DNA from: an uncultured Thermoproteaceae archaeon
GTDB lineage: Archaea > Thermoproteota > Thermoprotei > Thermoproteales > Thermocladiaceae
DNA: 64,000 bases
Reading direction: 5' to 3'
NCBI GenBank assembly: GCA_964575955.1
Contig: CAZNTG010000006.1
Coordinates: 256,001 to 320,000 of the forward strand
Of this stretch, positions 9,758 through 18,678 are shown one piece after another. Under the pieces are notes generated by a model. The model saw only the letters and a list, made by a program, of their open reading frames with translations, ran no database searches and was not told where the DNA came from. The position numbers and the translations under genes were made by a program. Each line of letters begins with the position of its first letter. The stretch's first letter is position 1.

Positions 9758-10210
9758 ATGAGGTTTTGGTCTCTAATTGGTGTGGTGATTGTTGTTTTGG
9801 GACTTGTAATTTTTGGAGGTTATTTAGCTCTTGTTAAGAGTGTTAAGAATGTGAATGTTAAGTCTAAGATTTCCATGATGGAGGAGTTTGAGAGGTGTGT
9901 TAGTATGGGTGTTAGGGTTAGTGTTGTGCCAAATACTACTATACTAACCGTTAGTCTAGATCCTAAGTATTGTACAGAAGATCTACTTGAGATATACCCT
10001 ATAAGGATTGTTGAGGTATATCTAACACCTCCACATGATGGTAAGATTGTTGTGTGTAGTAGGAAGGTTAATATATCTGTCCCATATGGTGGTGAGGTTT
10101 ATGTTACTCCATGTACACCAAACATTCCTGGTGTTTTTAGGATTTGTGTGAAGTTTAATGTTGGTAAGGTTGTGTGTTTAAATAATACTTTTGTTGGTGT
10201 TTGGAAGTAA
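9758..10210 (+). CDS. Hypothetical membrane-anchored Cys-containing protein
   Basis: N-terminal TM (MRFWSLIGVVIVVLGLVIFGGYLALV) followed by a beta-rich domain; divergent from the peptidase gene. Confidence 0.65.
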   Translation: MRFWSLIGVVIVVLGLVIFGGYLALVKSVKNVNVKSKISMMEEFERCVSMGVRVSVVPNTTILTVSLDPKYCTEDLLEIYPIRIVEVYLTPPHDGKIVVCSRKVNISVPYGGEVYVTPCTPNIPGVFRICVKFNVGKVVCLNNTFVGVWK

Positions 10211-10249
10211 CGACACGTTTAAATATTTCAAATTTTCGATAGGGTTGAC

Positions 10250-10765
10250 ATGTCTTCTGAAGAGAAGATTTCTGAAGCTAGTGTTGAGGAGAAGCCTGGT
10301 GAGGTTAAGGTTGAGGAGAAGCTTCCAATATCTATACAAGTTCCTGAGCTTAGACCTGTACAGACTAGTATTGGTGGTAGAAAGCTTAGATGGGGTATAG
10401 CACACATATATAGTAGCTATAACAACACGATAATCATAATAACAGACCTGACAGGAGCTGAAACAGCAGCTAGAGTAAGTGGTGGTCAAGTAGTTAAAGC
10501 AGACAGAGACAAGCCAAGCCCATACGCAGCAATGATGGCAGCATACAAAGCAGCACAAATAGCAATGGCTAGAGGAATAAACGCAGTACACATAAAAGTA
10601 AGAGCACCAGGAGGATACGGACCAAAAACACCAGGACCAGGAGCAGCAGCAGCAATAAGAGCACTAGCAAGGGCAGGACTAATAATAGGAAGAATAGAAG
10701 ACGTAACACCAATACCACACGACATAATACGGCCGCCTGGCGGAAGGAGGGGTAGAAGGGTGTAA
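10250..10765 (+). CDS. rps11: 30S ribosomal protein S11
   Basis: [41 protein letters not shown]...GGRRGRRV. Confidence 0.98.
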   Translation: MSSEEKISEASVEEKPGEVKVEEKLPISIQVPELRPVQTSIGGRKLRWGIAHIYSSYNNTIIIITDLTGAETAARVSGGQVVKADRDKPSPYAAMMAAYKAAQIAMARGINAVHIKVRAPGGYGPKTPGPGAAAAIRALARAGLIIGRIEDVTPIPHDIIRPPGGRRGRRV

Positions 10766-11100
10766 TACGTAATACATACATCAATAATACATTCATGTTC
10801 CTTAGAAGTACTTACTATTATACTTCTCTTACTGCTTTCTCTGTTAACATTCATTTTAATAGTTTAATTATAATGATTTTAAAACTGATAATGCATTTCA
10901 ATTTTGTAACGGTTTATGATACATTGTTAACTGTTAAACGTTTTATTGAGCTTAATATCCCTAGACAATGTGGTAAATTAGTTTGAGAATGAGTTTATTT
11001 TTTAACTATGTTCTTGACAATATAGTTCTTAGGATGGAGACATTAAGTATCTATTTTTAGCTTCCCTATTAATTAGAAGGAGTTGCTGAAGCTAAGACAT

Positions 11101-12954
11101 CTATTTAACATCGATGTCGCTTAACAGTCTCTCTATTTCATTATCTCTACTCTTCAGTTCTTCAAATCTTGCCATTAATATTCTTAGTAGTTGTCCTTGT
11201 AAGTCTTTCAATGTTGCTATTACGTCTTTATCAATCAATCCTAGCTTGAGTAAGATGTATAACAGTTCAATTTTACCTTTCGTGACCTCTACTAATGCTG
11301 ATTTTGTACGTCTTCTTGCACCTAGTCCATGATTTCTAAGTATTTTAACGACCTCATCAGCGATCTTTGCAAGCTTAATGTCTCTGTTACTATATTGGTT
11401 ATTCTTGGAAAATTTTAGGTACACTATAAGTCTCCTCTCGCCTCTACTTTTCCAAATTCCAATCTTTCCCCTAATTGAAACTCCAAGACTTTTTGTAAAT
11501 GCAATTACTTCCTTTATTGCATCGATTACCATCCTTGGATCTACAATCGATTTTTCAATCATATGTGTCGTAATCCTTTCATTAAGTATGCCGATTCTAC
11601 CACGTCTTACAGAATGCTGCATGAGAATGCTTAACGCATATCGAGTCTTGGGAGATAACCACATTGTGACGACAAGTTTCTCATTTTGGAAGCCATTTAT
11701 CTTTATCAGTTTCTTAGCTTCAAGATATTTCAAAAGAAGCAGTGATGCAAATCCCTTCACAGTATATGGTGCAAGTGCTATACCTACACCATAATCATCT
11801 TCTCCTCTCTTTATAACTACACCATCTCCATCGAACTCTCCTGCTAATGCCTTAATTTCATCATTTAAGTAAGTGCTTATCAAGTCCTTAGACTGTTCAG
11901 CCAAGGCATCTATTTCCTCAAAATTGATCTCCCCCTTTATGTACATTGCTCTGAGTGTAGCATTTATATCCTTAACTTTGCCTCCCTGTATTTCAACTCC
12001 GCGAGATTTCAGATAGCTAGCTAGTATACTCTTAGCCAAGCCTAATATCTGCCTAATTCTTCTAATTATGTAGTCTATTTCTGGTATTTCTTGTTTAAAT
12101 AATTCTTGTGCTATGTAGTTGCTGCATGTTGCTACTATGTGTAATTTTCCTGTTTTGTTGTCTTTTCCTGTTATTTTCAGTTTTATGAATCCTAATGCTT
12201 TTGTGATTGTTGTTGGTAGTTCGTGTCTTGTTGTTCCATATTCTAGAATGTCTACGTTGTTTTCTACTATTATGCTTGTTATTCCGTCACATATTGTTAA
12301 CCATGTTATATAGTCGATATTTTCCCGAATTCTTCTCCTAATCTCATCAATTGTTATGGGTAGCTTAATGTAGAGATTTCCAAATTCTTCTTTTAATTCT
12401 TCAATTACTTTCTTCTCATTTTCATATTTCTGTAATAGTTTTTTAAATTTTTCATTTACATACTCTATAAACTTTTTGTAGAATTTTTCTAATTCTTGTT
12501 CAGGTATTTCACAAATTATATAACCCTGCTCTATCTTCCTCAATTCTTTCTCAATACTTTCTCTCACCTTAACAGGTGCTTTATCTGGTATTAACTCTCT
12601 CAAAATACCGAGTTTATATAAAATTACTGCAAGCTCCTCCTTACCTCTTCTAACAGTTATGAAAGTATCTCTACTTCGTACATAAGCTCCATAACCCAAC
12701 CTTCTCAATTCTTCACACACTTCTCTAGCTATTTGAGTAGATGTAACCTTAGGAGATTTAAAATAGATCCTAAGTTCATAATTAACACTCCTACCACCTC
12801 TAACTTTCTGACAAGCCCATCTAGCAAATACAGTAGCACCATACCTACTCACAATATCAGAAAAGATTCTCAAAACATTAACTACACACTCATTATTAAA
12901 TACCTCTCTACAAAAAATCTCAACACTCTCTACCTCATGTAGAGAGTCTCTCAT
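11101..12954 (-). CDS. Free-standing LAGLIDADG-like homing endonuclease-related protein
   Basis: Two LAGLIDADG-like helices (YITWLTICDG; ALAGEFDGDG) plus similar N- and C-terminal modules. No intein N/C termini and not inside an intron. Confidence 0.65.
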   Translation of the reverse strand: MRDSLHEVESVEIFCREVFNNECVVNVLRIFSDIVSRYGATVFARWACQKVRGGRSVNYELRIYFKSPKVTSTQIAREVCEELRRLGYGAYVRSRDTFITVRRGKEELAVILYKLGILRELIPDKAPVKVRESIEKELRKIEQGYIICEIPEQELEKFYKKFIEYVNEKFKKLLQKYENEKKVIEELKEEFGNLYIKLPITIDEIRRRIRENIDYITWLTICDGITSIIVENNVDILEYGTTRHELPTTITKALGFIKLKITGKDNKTGKLHIVATCSNYIAQELFKQEIPEIDYIIRRIRQILGLAKSILASYLKSRGVEIQGGKVKDINATLRAMYIKGEINFEEIDALAEQSKDLISTYLNDEIKALAGEFDGDGVVIKRGEDDYGVGIALAPYTVKGFASLLLLKYLEAKKLIKINGFQNEKLVVTMWLSPKTRYALSILMQHSVRRGRIGILNERITTHMIEKSIVDPRMVIDAIKEVIAFTKSLGVSIRGKIGIWKSRGERRLIVYLKFSKNNQYSNRDIKLAKIADEVVKILRNHGLGARRRTKSALVEVTKGKIELLYILLKLGLIDKDVIATLKDLQGQLLRILMARFEELKSRDNEIERLLSDIDVK

Positions 12955-13218
12955 ATCAATCCAATACTTAAGAAATTAATAAGACCCTACACTTAACTAA
13001 GATACTTCATCATCATTTTATTACGCTGACATAAAGCTAAATTATAACTCAGTAAGAACATTATGTTATTAATTACTATTGAATTAAGTGTGATACTTAA
13101 CATGCTGAATTTTCCTTATTACTCTCTAGCTGCGAGTACAATATCTAAAACTTTCTAAAGTCACTATATTACGAATACCTCAATGCCAAACTTAATAAAC
13201 CTCTAAAGATTTAACGTA

Positions 13219-13269
13219 TCAGTCCCGGGAGAATATTCTTCATCAATCAGTCCCGAGGTATCTCTTCAT
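13219..13269 (-). ncRNA. C/D box guide sRNA
   Basis: Minus strand ATGAAGA-gatacctcggga-CTGA-ttg-ATGAAGA-atattctcccggga-CTGA. Confidence 0.85.
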
Positions 13270-13285
13270 TAGTACAACTTTAACG

Positions 13286-13335
13286 ATGATGAGACTTCAG
13301 GAGCTCTAAGGTATGATGAAGGTATGGGCGACTGA
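13286..13335 (+). ncRNA. C/D box guide sRNA
   Basis: ATGATGA-gacttcaggagct-CTAA(D')-ggt-ATGATGA-aggtatgggcga-CTGA. Confidence 0.8.
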
Positions 13336-13355
13336 AATTTAGAGTACTCTACTCT

Positions 13356-13433
13356 TGGTGCCCCGGCCGGGATTTGAACCCGGGTCACGGGCTCGAAAGG
13401 CCCGCATACTTGACCGGGCTATACTACCGGGGC
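13356..13433 (-). tRNA. tRNA-Glu(TTC), no intron, CCA encoded
   Basis: Reverse complement GCCCCGGTAGTATAGCCCGGTCAAGTATGCGGGC-CTTTCGA-GCCCGTGACCCGGGTTCAAATCCCGGCCGGGGCACCA. Confidence 0.97.
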
Positions 13434-13494
13434 TTTTTTGTCTATTGTGTATGGTATGTATAAGTTTTTAAGGGTTTCTCTTGTTTTTATTGTT

Positions 13495-14472
13495 ATGGTG
13501 TTTAAGTGTTCTGTTTCTGATTTGTGGATTGTTGAACCTGCTATTCTATGTGTTGGTAATAAGTTTCATCCTTGTGCTGTTCTTGTTCCTCTTGATGATG
13601 ATGTTGGTAGAGAGATTATTAGACATGTAGTTGATATGGGTGTTGCTATTGCAGGTTTTTGTAAGACTGCAAATATCGGTATTGAGAAAGTTATCTGTAA
13701 TGTTCTTGCAAATCCAAATATTAGGTGGATAGTTGTTGCTGGTAATGAAAATCCTGGACATAGATCAGGTAAGGCAATAATAATGCTTCATAGATATGGT
13801 GTTGATCCAAAAACTAGAAGAATAAAATGTGGTGAAGATACAATATGTAGAGATATACCGACAGGATATATACCAAACATACCACTTGAAGCAATAGAAA
13901 GATTTAGAAGACAGGTAAAAATTATAGACATATTGATAGACGGTAGAGAAGTTACAGAAGAAAATGTACTAGAATTAACATGTCTAGCAGTATATGGAAC
14001 AATACAAGAACCAAAAAATATGTATAAAATAAAGATAAAAAATGTAGAATACAAACTATTTGACCCAGGAGCATTCGATACAAAACCATACAAAATAACA
14101 ATAACAGAAAAATGTGAAAAACCGATAGAAATAGTAGGAATAGACCATGCACACATAAGAATATTCGACAAAGAAGAAATAGAGAAAGAACTTAAGAAAA
14201 TTATAAGATATGGAATATGTAGAAACATAGTAATAATATATGGAAAATATGTAGAGAGAGATGTGAAGATTAGAGAGAAAATAATACAAAATAACAACAT
14301 GATAGCATATGTGGAAGAATTTGAAAAACATGTAGATATTAGAGGAGTAGTAATAAGACCACTAAAAATAAACGATATTAAGGAAATTATAGATACATTA
14401 GAAGAGGAGTATAAGGGCAAGGACATACACATTATATTGACAATATCTAAGATATCTAACAATGCCAAATAA
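13495..14472 (+). CDS. MtrA-like corrinoid protein (tetrahydromethanopterin S-methyltransferase subunit A domain) with unknown C-terminal domain
   Basis: AIAGFCKTANIGIEKVICNVLANPNIRWIVVAGNENPGHRSG...GYIPNIPLEAIERFRRQV...DPGAF matches the MtrA signature, including the GH corrinoid ligand. Confidence 0.8.
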   Translation: MVFKCSVSDLWIVEPAILCVGNKFHPCAVLVPLDDDVGREIIRHVVDMGVAIAGFCKTANIGIEKVICNVLANPNIRWIVVAGNENPGHRSGKAIIMLHRYGVDPKTRRIKCGEDTICRDIPTGYIPNIPLEAIERFRRQVKIIDILIDGREVTEENVLELTCLAVYGTIQEPKNMYKIKIKNVEYKLFDPGAFDTKPYKITITEKCEKPIEIVGIDHAHIRIFDKEEIEKELKKIIRYGICRNIVIIYGKYVERDVKIREKIIQNNNMIAYVEEFEKHVDIRGVVIRPLKINDIKEIIDTLEEEYKGKDIHIILTISKISNNAK

Positions 14473-15301
14473 TTAAAAAGTTATTAACTTTAATAAGCTT
14501 ATCTAGAGATTCTACAATAATACCATCACGAGAGTTTAATTTAGATAACTTACCAAAAATCTTACTTCTACAAATATCTACAATAGATACATAATCAACT
14601 ATAGACAACCTCTCTAATATACTGTAGATGTTGTCAATATTTTCTAAAAATCTTAAAAGAGTCTTCTTAAGATTCCTATATACATATCTAGAAGCTTTAT
14701 CAACATTTTTAACATAACTCTTAACATTACTATACTCATAGTCAAATATTAATAAATCTACAATCTCAGACACTACAATATTTAAATCAAGTATTCTCTT
14801 AAAAAACTCTTCTAAAAATGTATATTCTATCGTATCAACATCTAATGCTATTGATATTGGTTCACTATTAACGATTTGTATATCTACAAACTTACTCAAC
14901 TTGTAGTATAGGTCGATTGAAGCTATTGGATATTTCACAAATTTAACAACTATCTTATTATTCTCAAGAGATAATTCTTCAAATGTTGATATGTATGTTA
15001 GATATTGTGCACATTCTTCATATGTTTCAGGTTGTATATATTCTACAACTATCTTCAATATATGCAATGATATTGGTATCTTTTTAATACTTCTATATAT
15101 ATTAAAAATCTTCTTTATAATTTTAAAAGCTATATTCCATATTGATATTTCAGAATTTTCCTTAAACATTTTTAAGATTTCTAAATCTTCTACATTTGAA
15201 ACTTCTTTAAGAATATCTCTAATCTTTATGGTATTGCTACCCTTCTCCAACTTCTCTATCAATATTTTAGCTATGTTTTGTGTAATTTTATAACTCTCCA
15301 T
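14456..15301 (-). CDS. Hypothetical protein
   Basis: 281-aa ORF in a minus-strand gene run; no motif recognised. Confidence 0.6.
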   Translation of the reverse strand: MESYKITQNIAKILIEKLEKGSNTIKIRDILKEVSNVEDLEILKMFKENSEISIWNIAFKIIKKIFNIYRSIKKIPISLHILKIVVEYIQPETYEECAQYLTYISTFEELSLENNKIVVKFVKYPIASIDLYYKLSKFVDIQIVNSEPISIALDVDTIEYTFLEEFFKRILDLNIVVSEIVDLLIFDYEYSNVKSYVKNVDKASRYVYRNLKKTLLRFLENIDNIYSILERLSIVDYVSIVDICRSKIFGKLSKLNSRDGIIVESLDKLIKVNNFLIIWHC

Positions 15302-15362
15302 TTTCTAGAATAGCTCTTTTTAAATGATATTATAGGTAGTTGTCTAGTATTCTTTATCTACA

Positions 15363-15818
15363 CTATTTCGAAAGTTTTGATTTTACTATTCTATCTTTGA
15401 TAACATATTCAACTTCTCTACCATCTCTAGATCTATCTACAATATTTAGAGAATATCCTGATGATAGTTTATCTGTATCTAACTTCAATACTTCTAAATT
15501 TTCTACAACAATCTCCTGATATCTAACATATCTTAATGCTCCTGTTGGACATAAATCAACACATAATTCACAGAATATACATTTTGAATAGTCTATACAG
15601 GGCATGTATATACCTTTAATATATTTTAGATCTATTGCTTTTGCAGGACATATCTTACAACATTGTCTACATCCTACACATTTAACCTTCTCAAAAATTA
15701 TTACACCTCTATAATTTTCTGGTATTCTTCTATACTCATCAGGATAGTTTACACTAATTCTTCTAGGTCTTATTAGGTGTTTTAGTGCTTCTATAAATGG
15801 TCCTACAATATCTTTCAT
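15363..15818 (-). CDS. nuoI: NuoI-like 2x[4Fe-4S] protein
   Basis: VNYPDE...YRG, CVGCRQCCKICP, CIFCELCVDLCPTGAL. Confidence 0.75.
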   Translation of the reverse strand: MKDIVGPFIEALKHLIRPRRISVNYPDEYRRIPENYRGVIIFEKVKCVGCRQCCKICPAKAIDLKYIKGIYMPCIDYSKCIFCELCVDLCPTGALRYVRYQEIVVENLEVLKLDTDKLSSGYSLNIVDRSRDGREVEYVIKDRIVKSKLSK

Positions 15819-15820
15819 AT

Positions 15821-16231
15821 CTAGCTTATAATCTTCCTATATACTTCCTCTAAGTTAATATCTTTCTTAACTACACTACGCCACCAATCTGCAAGTTTTA
15901 TATCTTCAGGTGAGTATCTAGGTATTACATGTACATGTAGATGCATTATCTCTTGATTAGCAGCTTTACCAACATTATGTAAAATATTTACACCAGAAGC
16001 ACCAAGTTTCTCCATTAGTAGTTTAGATACTTTCTGTATAGCAATTATGAGATTTTTTAAAGTTTCTTCATCTGCATTTAAAATATTTTCAACATGTTTT
16101 TTAGTTACTACAAGTGTATGTCCTGGATTTATTGGATTAATATCTAGAAATGCTACACAATAATCGTCTTCATATATTTTATAAGCTTTCAATTCACCAC
16201 GAACAATCTTACAAAATACACACTCAACCAT
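15821..16231 (-). CDS. HIT family nucleotide hydrolase
   Basis: CVFCKI, FLDINPINPGHTLV, HLHVHVIPR. Confidence 0.93.
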   Translation of the reverse strand: MVECVFCKIVRGELKAYKIYEDDYCVAFLDINPINPGHTLVVTKKHVENILNADEETLKNLIIAIQKVSKLLMEKLGASGVNILHNVGKAANQEIMHLHVHVIPRYSPEDIKLADWWRSVVKKDINLEEVYRKIIS

Positions 16232-16354
16232 ATAGCACAATCTCACATTGACACCTATTCAAACTTACCTAGGAAGTACATAGAAACTATAGGTATATGA
16301 TACTAATACTCCCATAAGGATAGGTTTATAAATAGGAGAGTAGTAGTACTACCA

Positions 16355-16699
16355 ATGTTCCTAGATGTTGGAAAGGCTTACATGTTTAGAAGACGTTCAT
16401 GTATGATAGTTAGATTATTAAACACTATAAGTGAGATGATTATCAAATTTGGAAGAGATCCTTATACTCGTGAGGTTTTGAGATGGTTAAGATCGTGGGG
16501 TTATGGACATCAAACATTAAAATTAGCAGAAAAACTAGGACTAATAAACAGATATGAAGGATATCTAATTAGAGGTAAGGCGAAGATTAAAGTAGTATTC
16601 AATACAATTACGGAACTTGGATATGCAATATTAGACATATTTAGAAAAATGAATAAATATGAAGATGATGAAGACAGTGAAAATGATGAAGATAATTGA
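16355..16699 (+). CDS. Small hypothetical wHTH-like protein with acidic tail
   Basis: AEKLGLI...ITELG pattern; TATA (TTTATAAA) 23 nt upstream. Confidence 0.6.
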   Translation: MFLDVGKAYMFRRRSCMIVRLLNTISEMIIKFGRDPYTREVLRWLRSWGYGHQTLKLAEKLGLINRYEGYLIRGKAKIKVVFNTITELGYAILDIFRKMNKYEDDEDSENDEDN

Positions 16700-16927
16700 A
16701 AGAAAGTATTAGACGAATTCAACTAAAACATGCATAGCTTTCCCTAGCTTATATTCTCAAAAGGTTCTAGAGAACCTTTCAATTATTCGAAATTTTCTTC
16801 TTTTCCTGTTTTTCTTTTGTTTGAGGAGGCGTTTCTAAAGATTGGAAACGCTCTTCACGTTTCGCCTAAAATTCCTGTTAAGCATTTCGATGGGATTATT
16901 TTTATTTTCTCTATGTATTGTTTTTCT

Positions 16928-17683
16928 ATGCCTTATGCTAAGAGGATTATTCCTTGTCTTGATGTTGATAAGGATGTTGTTGTTAAGGGTGTTAAGTTTG
17001 AGAATTTGAGAGTTGTTGGTGATCCTGTTGAGCTTGCTGCTAGGTATGAGGAGGAGGGTGCTGATGAGCTTGTGATTCTTGATGTTACTGCTAGTGTTGA
17101 GGGTAGGAAGACTTTTATTGAGACTGTTCGTAATGTTTGTTCTGTTGTTACTATTCCTGTAACTGTTGGTGGTGGTATTAAGAGTCTTGAAGATGCTTCT
17201 AGATTATTTAATGCAGGTGCTGATAAGGTTAGTATTAATACTGGTGCTGTACAGAGACCTGAACTTATAACTGAGATATCTAGAGAATATGGTAGACAGG
17301 CAACAGTTGTAGCTATAGATGCTAAGAAATGTGGAGATAGTTGGGAAGTATATATAAAGGCAGGTAAAGTACCTACAGGACTAGACGCAATAGAGTGGGC
17401 TATAGAAGCAGTTAAGAGAGGTGCAGGAGAACTACTAGTAACAAGTATAGATGCAGATGGAACAAAACAAGGATACGACATAGAACTATATAAGAGATTG
17501 AAAAATGTCATAACAGTACCAATAATAGCATCAGGAGGTGCAGGAAAAATAGAACACTTCTACGAAGTATTAAAAATAGCAGATGCAGCACTAGCAGCAA
17601 GCCTATTCCACTTCAGGATGATAGAAATACCAAAACTCAAAAAATACCTACAAGAAAAAGGAATACCAATAAGACCAATATAG
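16928..17683 (+). CDS. hisF: Imidazole glycerol phosphate synthase cyclase subunit
   Basis: AKRIIPCLDV, GADELVILD, VGGGI, TSIDADGTKQGYD, IASGGAG. Confidence 0.97.
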   Translation: MPYAKRIIPCLDVDKDVVVKGVKFENLRVVGDPVELAARYEEEGADELVILDVTASVEGRKTFIETVRNVCSVVTIPVTVGGGIKSLEDASRLFNAGADKVSINTGAVQRPELITEISREYGRQATVVAIDAKKCGDSWEVYIKAGKVPTGLDAIEWAIEAVKRGAGELLVTSIDADGTKQGYDIELYKRLKNVITVPIIASGGAGKIEHFYEVLKIADAALAASLFHFRMIEIPKLKKYLQEKGIPIRPI

Positions 17684-17700
17684 AGCTATCATTTCAAAAC

Positions 17701-18572
17701 ATGGTATCTCGAAAACATACGTATATAACTTTATCTAAGCTATTAAGCACTGCAACCAAACGTCTATCTCTATATTTGACATTACCCTCCAGAATTAGAG
17801 ATAAAATATTAATATTTTTCTCAGGATTTCTTAATATATCGTTAACGATTCCAAGCTTAGTTAACAAAGATATTTATCGTGTATATGATTTTCTTTGTAG
17901 AGTAGCATCATCTAGAGTATATATTGAATTTGAAAATTTCATGGTAAGGTCCTGCGATTGTGAGGGAATGCTTGTGTTTCATCCTAACTATGAGTATACA
18001 CTCACGATCACACTTCTACGTCTTTTGAAGAGAGGTTCTATCTTCGTGGATATTGGAGCACATTTAGGAAGATATACTATACTAGCATCAAAAATTGTAG
18101 GTCCTCAAGGACTTGTCATAGCGTTAGAGCCGATACCTGAAACTTACAAAGTGTTAAAGGATAATGTTAAGAAAAATAATCTAAATAACATCATAGTCTT
18201 ACCCCTTGCCGCATGGAACGTTAATACCACTCTTGAATTTACCGTACCTCCGGGTAGAAGTGGTTCTACAGCTAAAAGTTTGAAGCATGTATCAGGTATA
18301 CAACTTAGAGGAAGAAAGGTTCGTGTAAAAGCTACAACGTTAGATATGCTAATTTTAGAGAAATTAAATCTTAAGAGAGTAGATGTTATTAAAATTGATG
18401 TTGAAGGTGCGAGATTGAAGTTTTGGAAGGATCTAAAATGATATTGAGTAGATTTAAACCTAAATTGTTGATTGAGACTAGAGAACAGACATATAGTAAG
18501 GTTATCAACTTTCTTAAAGAATTTGGCTATAAAATTGTTAAGATTGATAAATCGAATATAGCAGCTATCTAG
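17701..18572 (+). pseudogene. FkbM-family methyltransferase, frameshifted
   Basis: FVDIGAHLG, ALEP, KIDVEGA. Restoring one base at about 18410 gives EIEVLEGSKMILSRFKPKLLIE...FLKEFGY up to TAG at 18570-18572. Confidence 0.75.
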
Positions 18573-18589
18573 ACTATGTGTATAAAATA

Positions 18590-18639
18590 TCAGTCCTTCC
18601 CATCTTCTTCATCTGTTCTGTGTGGGTCTGCTTCATCAT
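18590..18639 (-). ncRNA. C/D box guide sRNA
   Basis: Minus strand ATGATGA-agcagacccaca-CAGA-acag-ATGAAGA-agatgggaagga-CTGA. Confidence 0.82.
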
Positions 18640-18678
18640 TAGAAATGTATTTAGTTTTGTCTTCTTGTTATAGTTTCT

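Noticed and set aside
11101-12954. Intein or intron-encoded endonuclease
   Set aside because: No Cys/Ser start or His-Asn end, and no interrupted host gene flanking it
10766-13433. tRNA-integrated element with att duplication
   Set aside because: No copy of the tRNA-Glu 3' end and no integrase seen
13495-14472. Evidence of methanogenesis
   Set aside because: Single MtrA-like domain without mtrB-H or mcr in the window; stand-alone homologues occur in non-methanogens
16665-16700. C/D sRNA from two ATGATGA words
   Set aside because: Encodes the acidic tail DDEDSENDED; guides too short and no CTGA
16776-16797. CRISPR array
   Set aside because: Only one repeat-like word; no regularly spaced copies and no cas genes in the window
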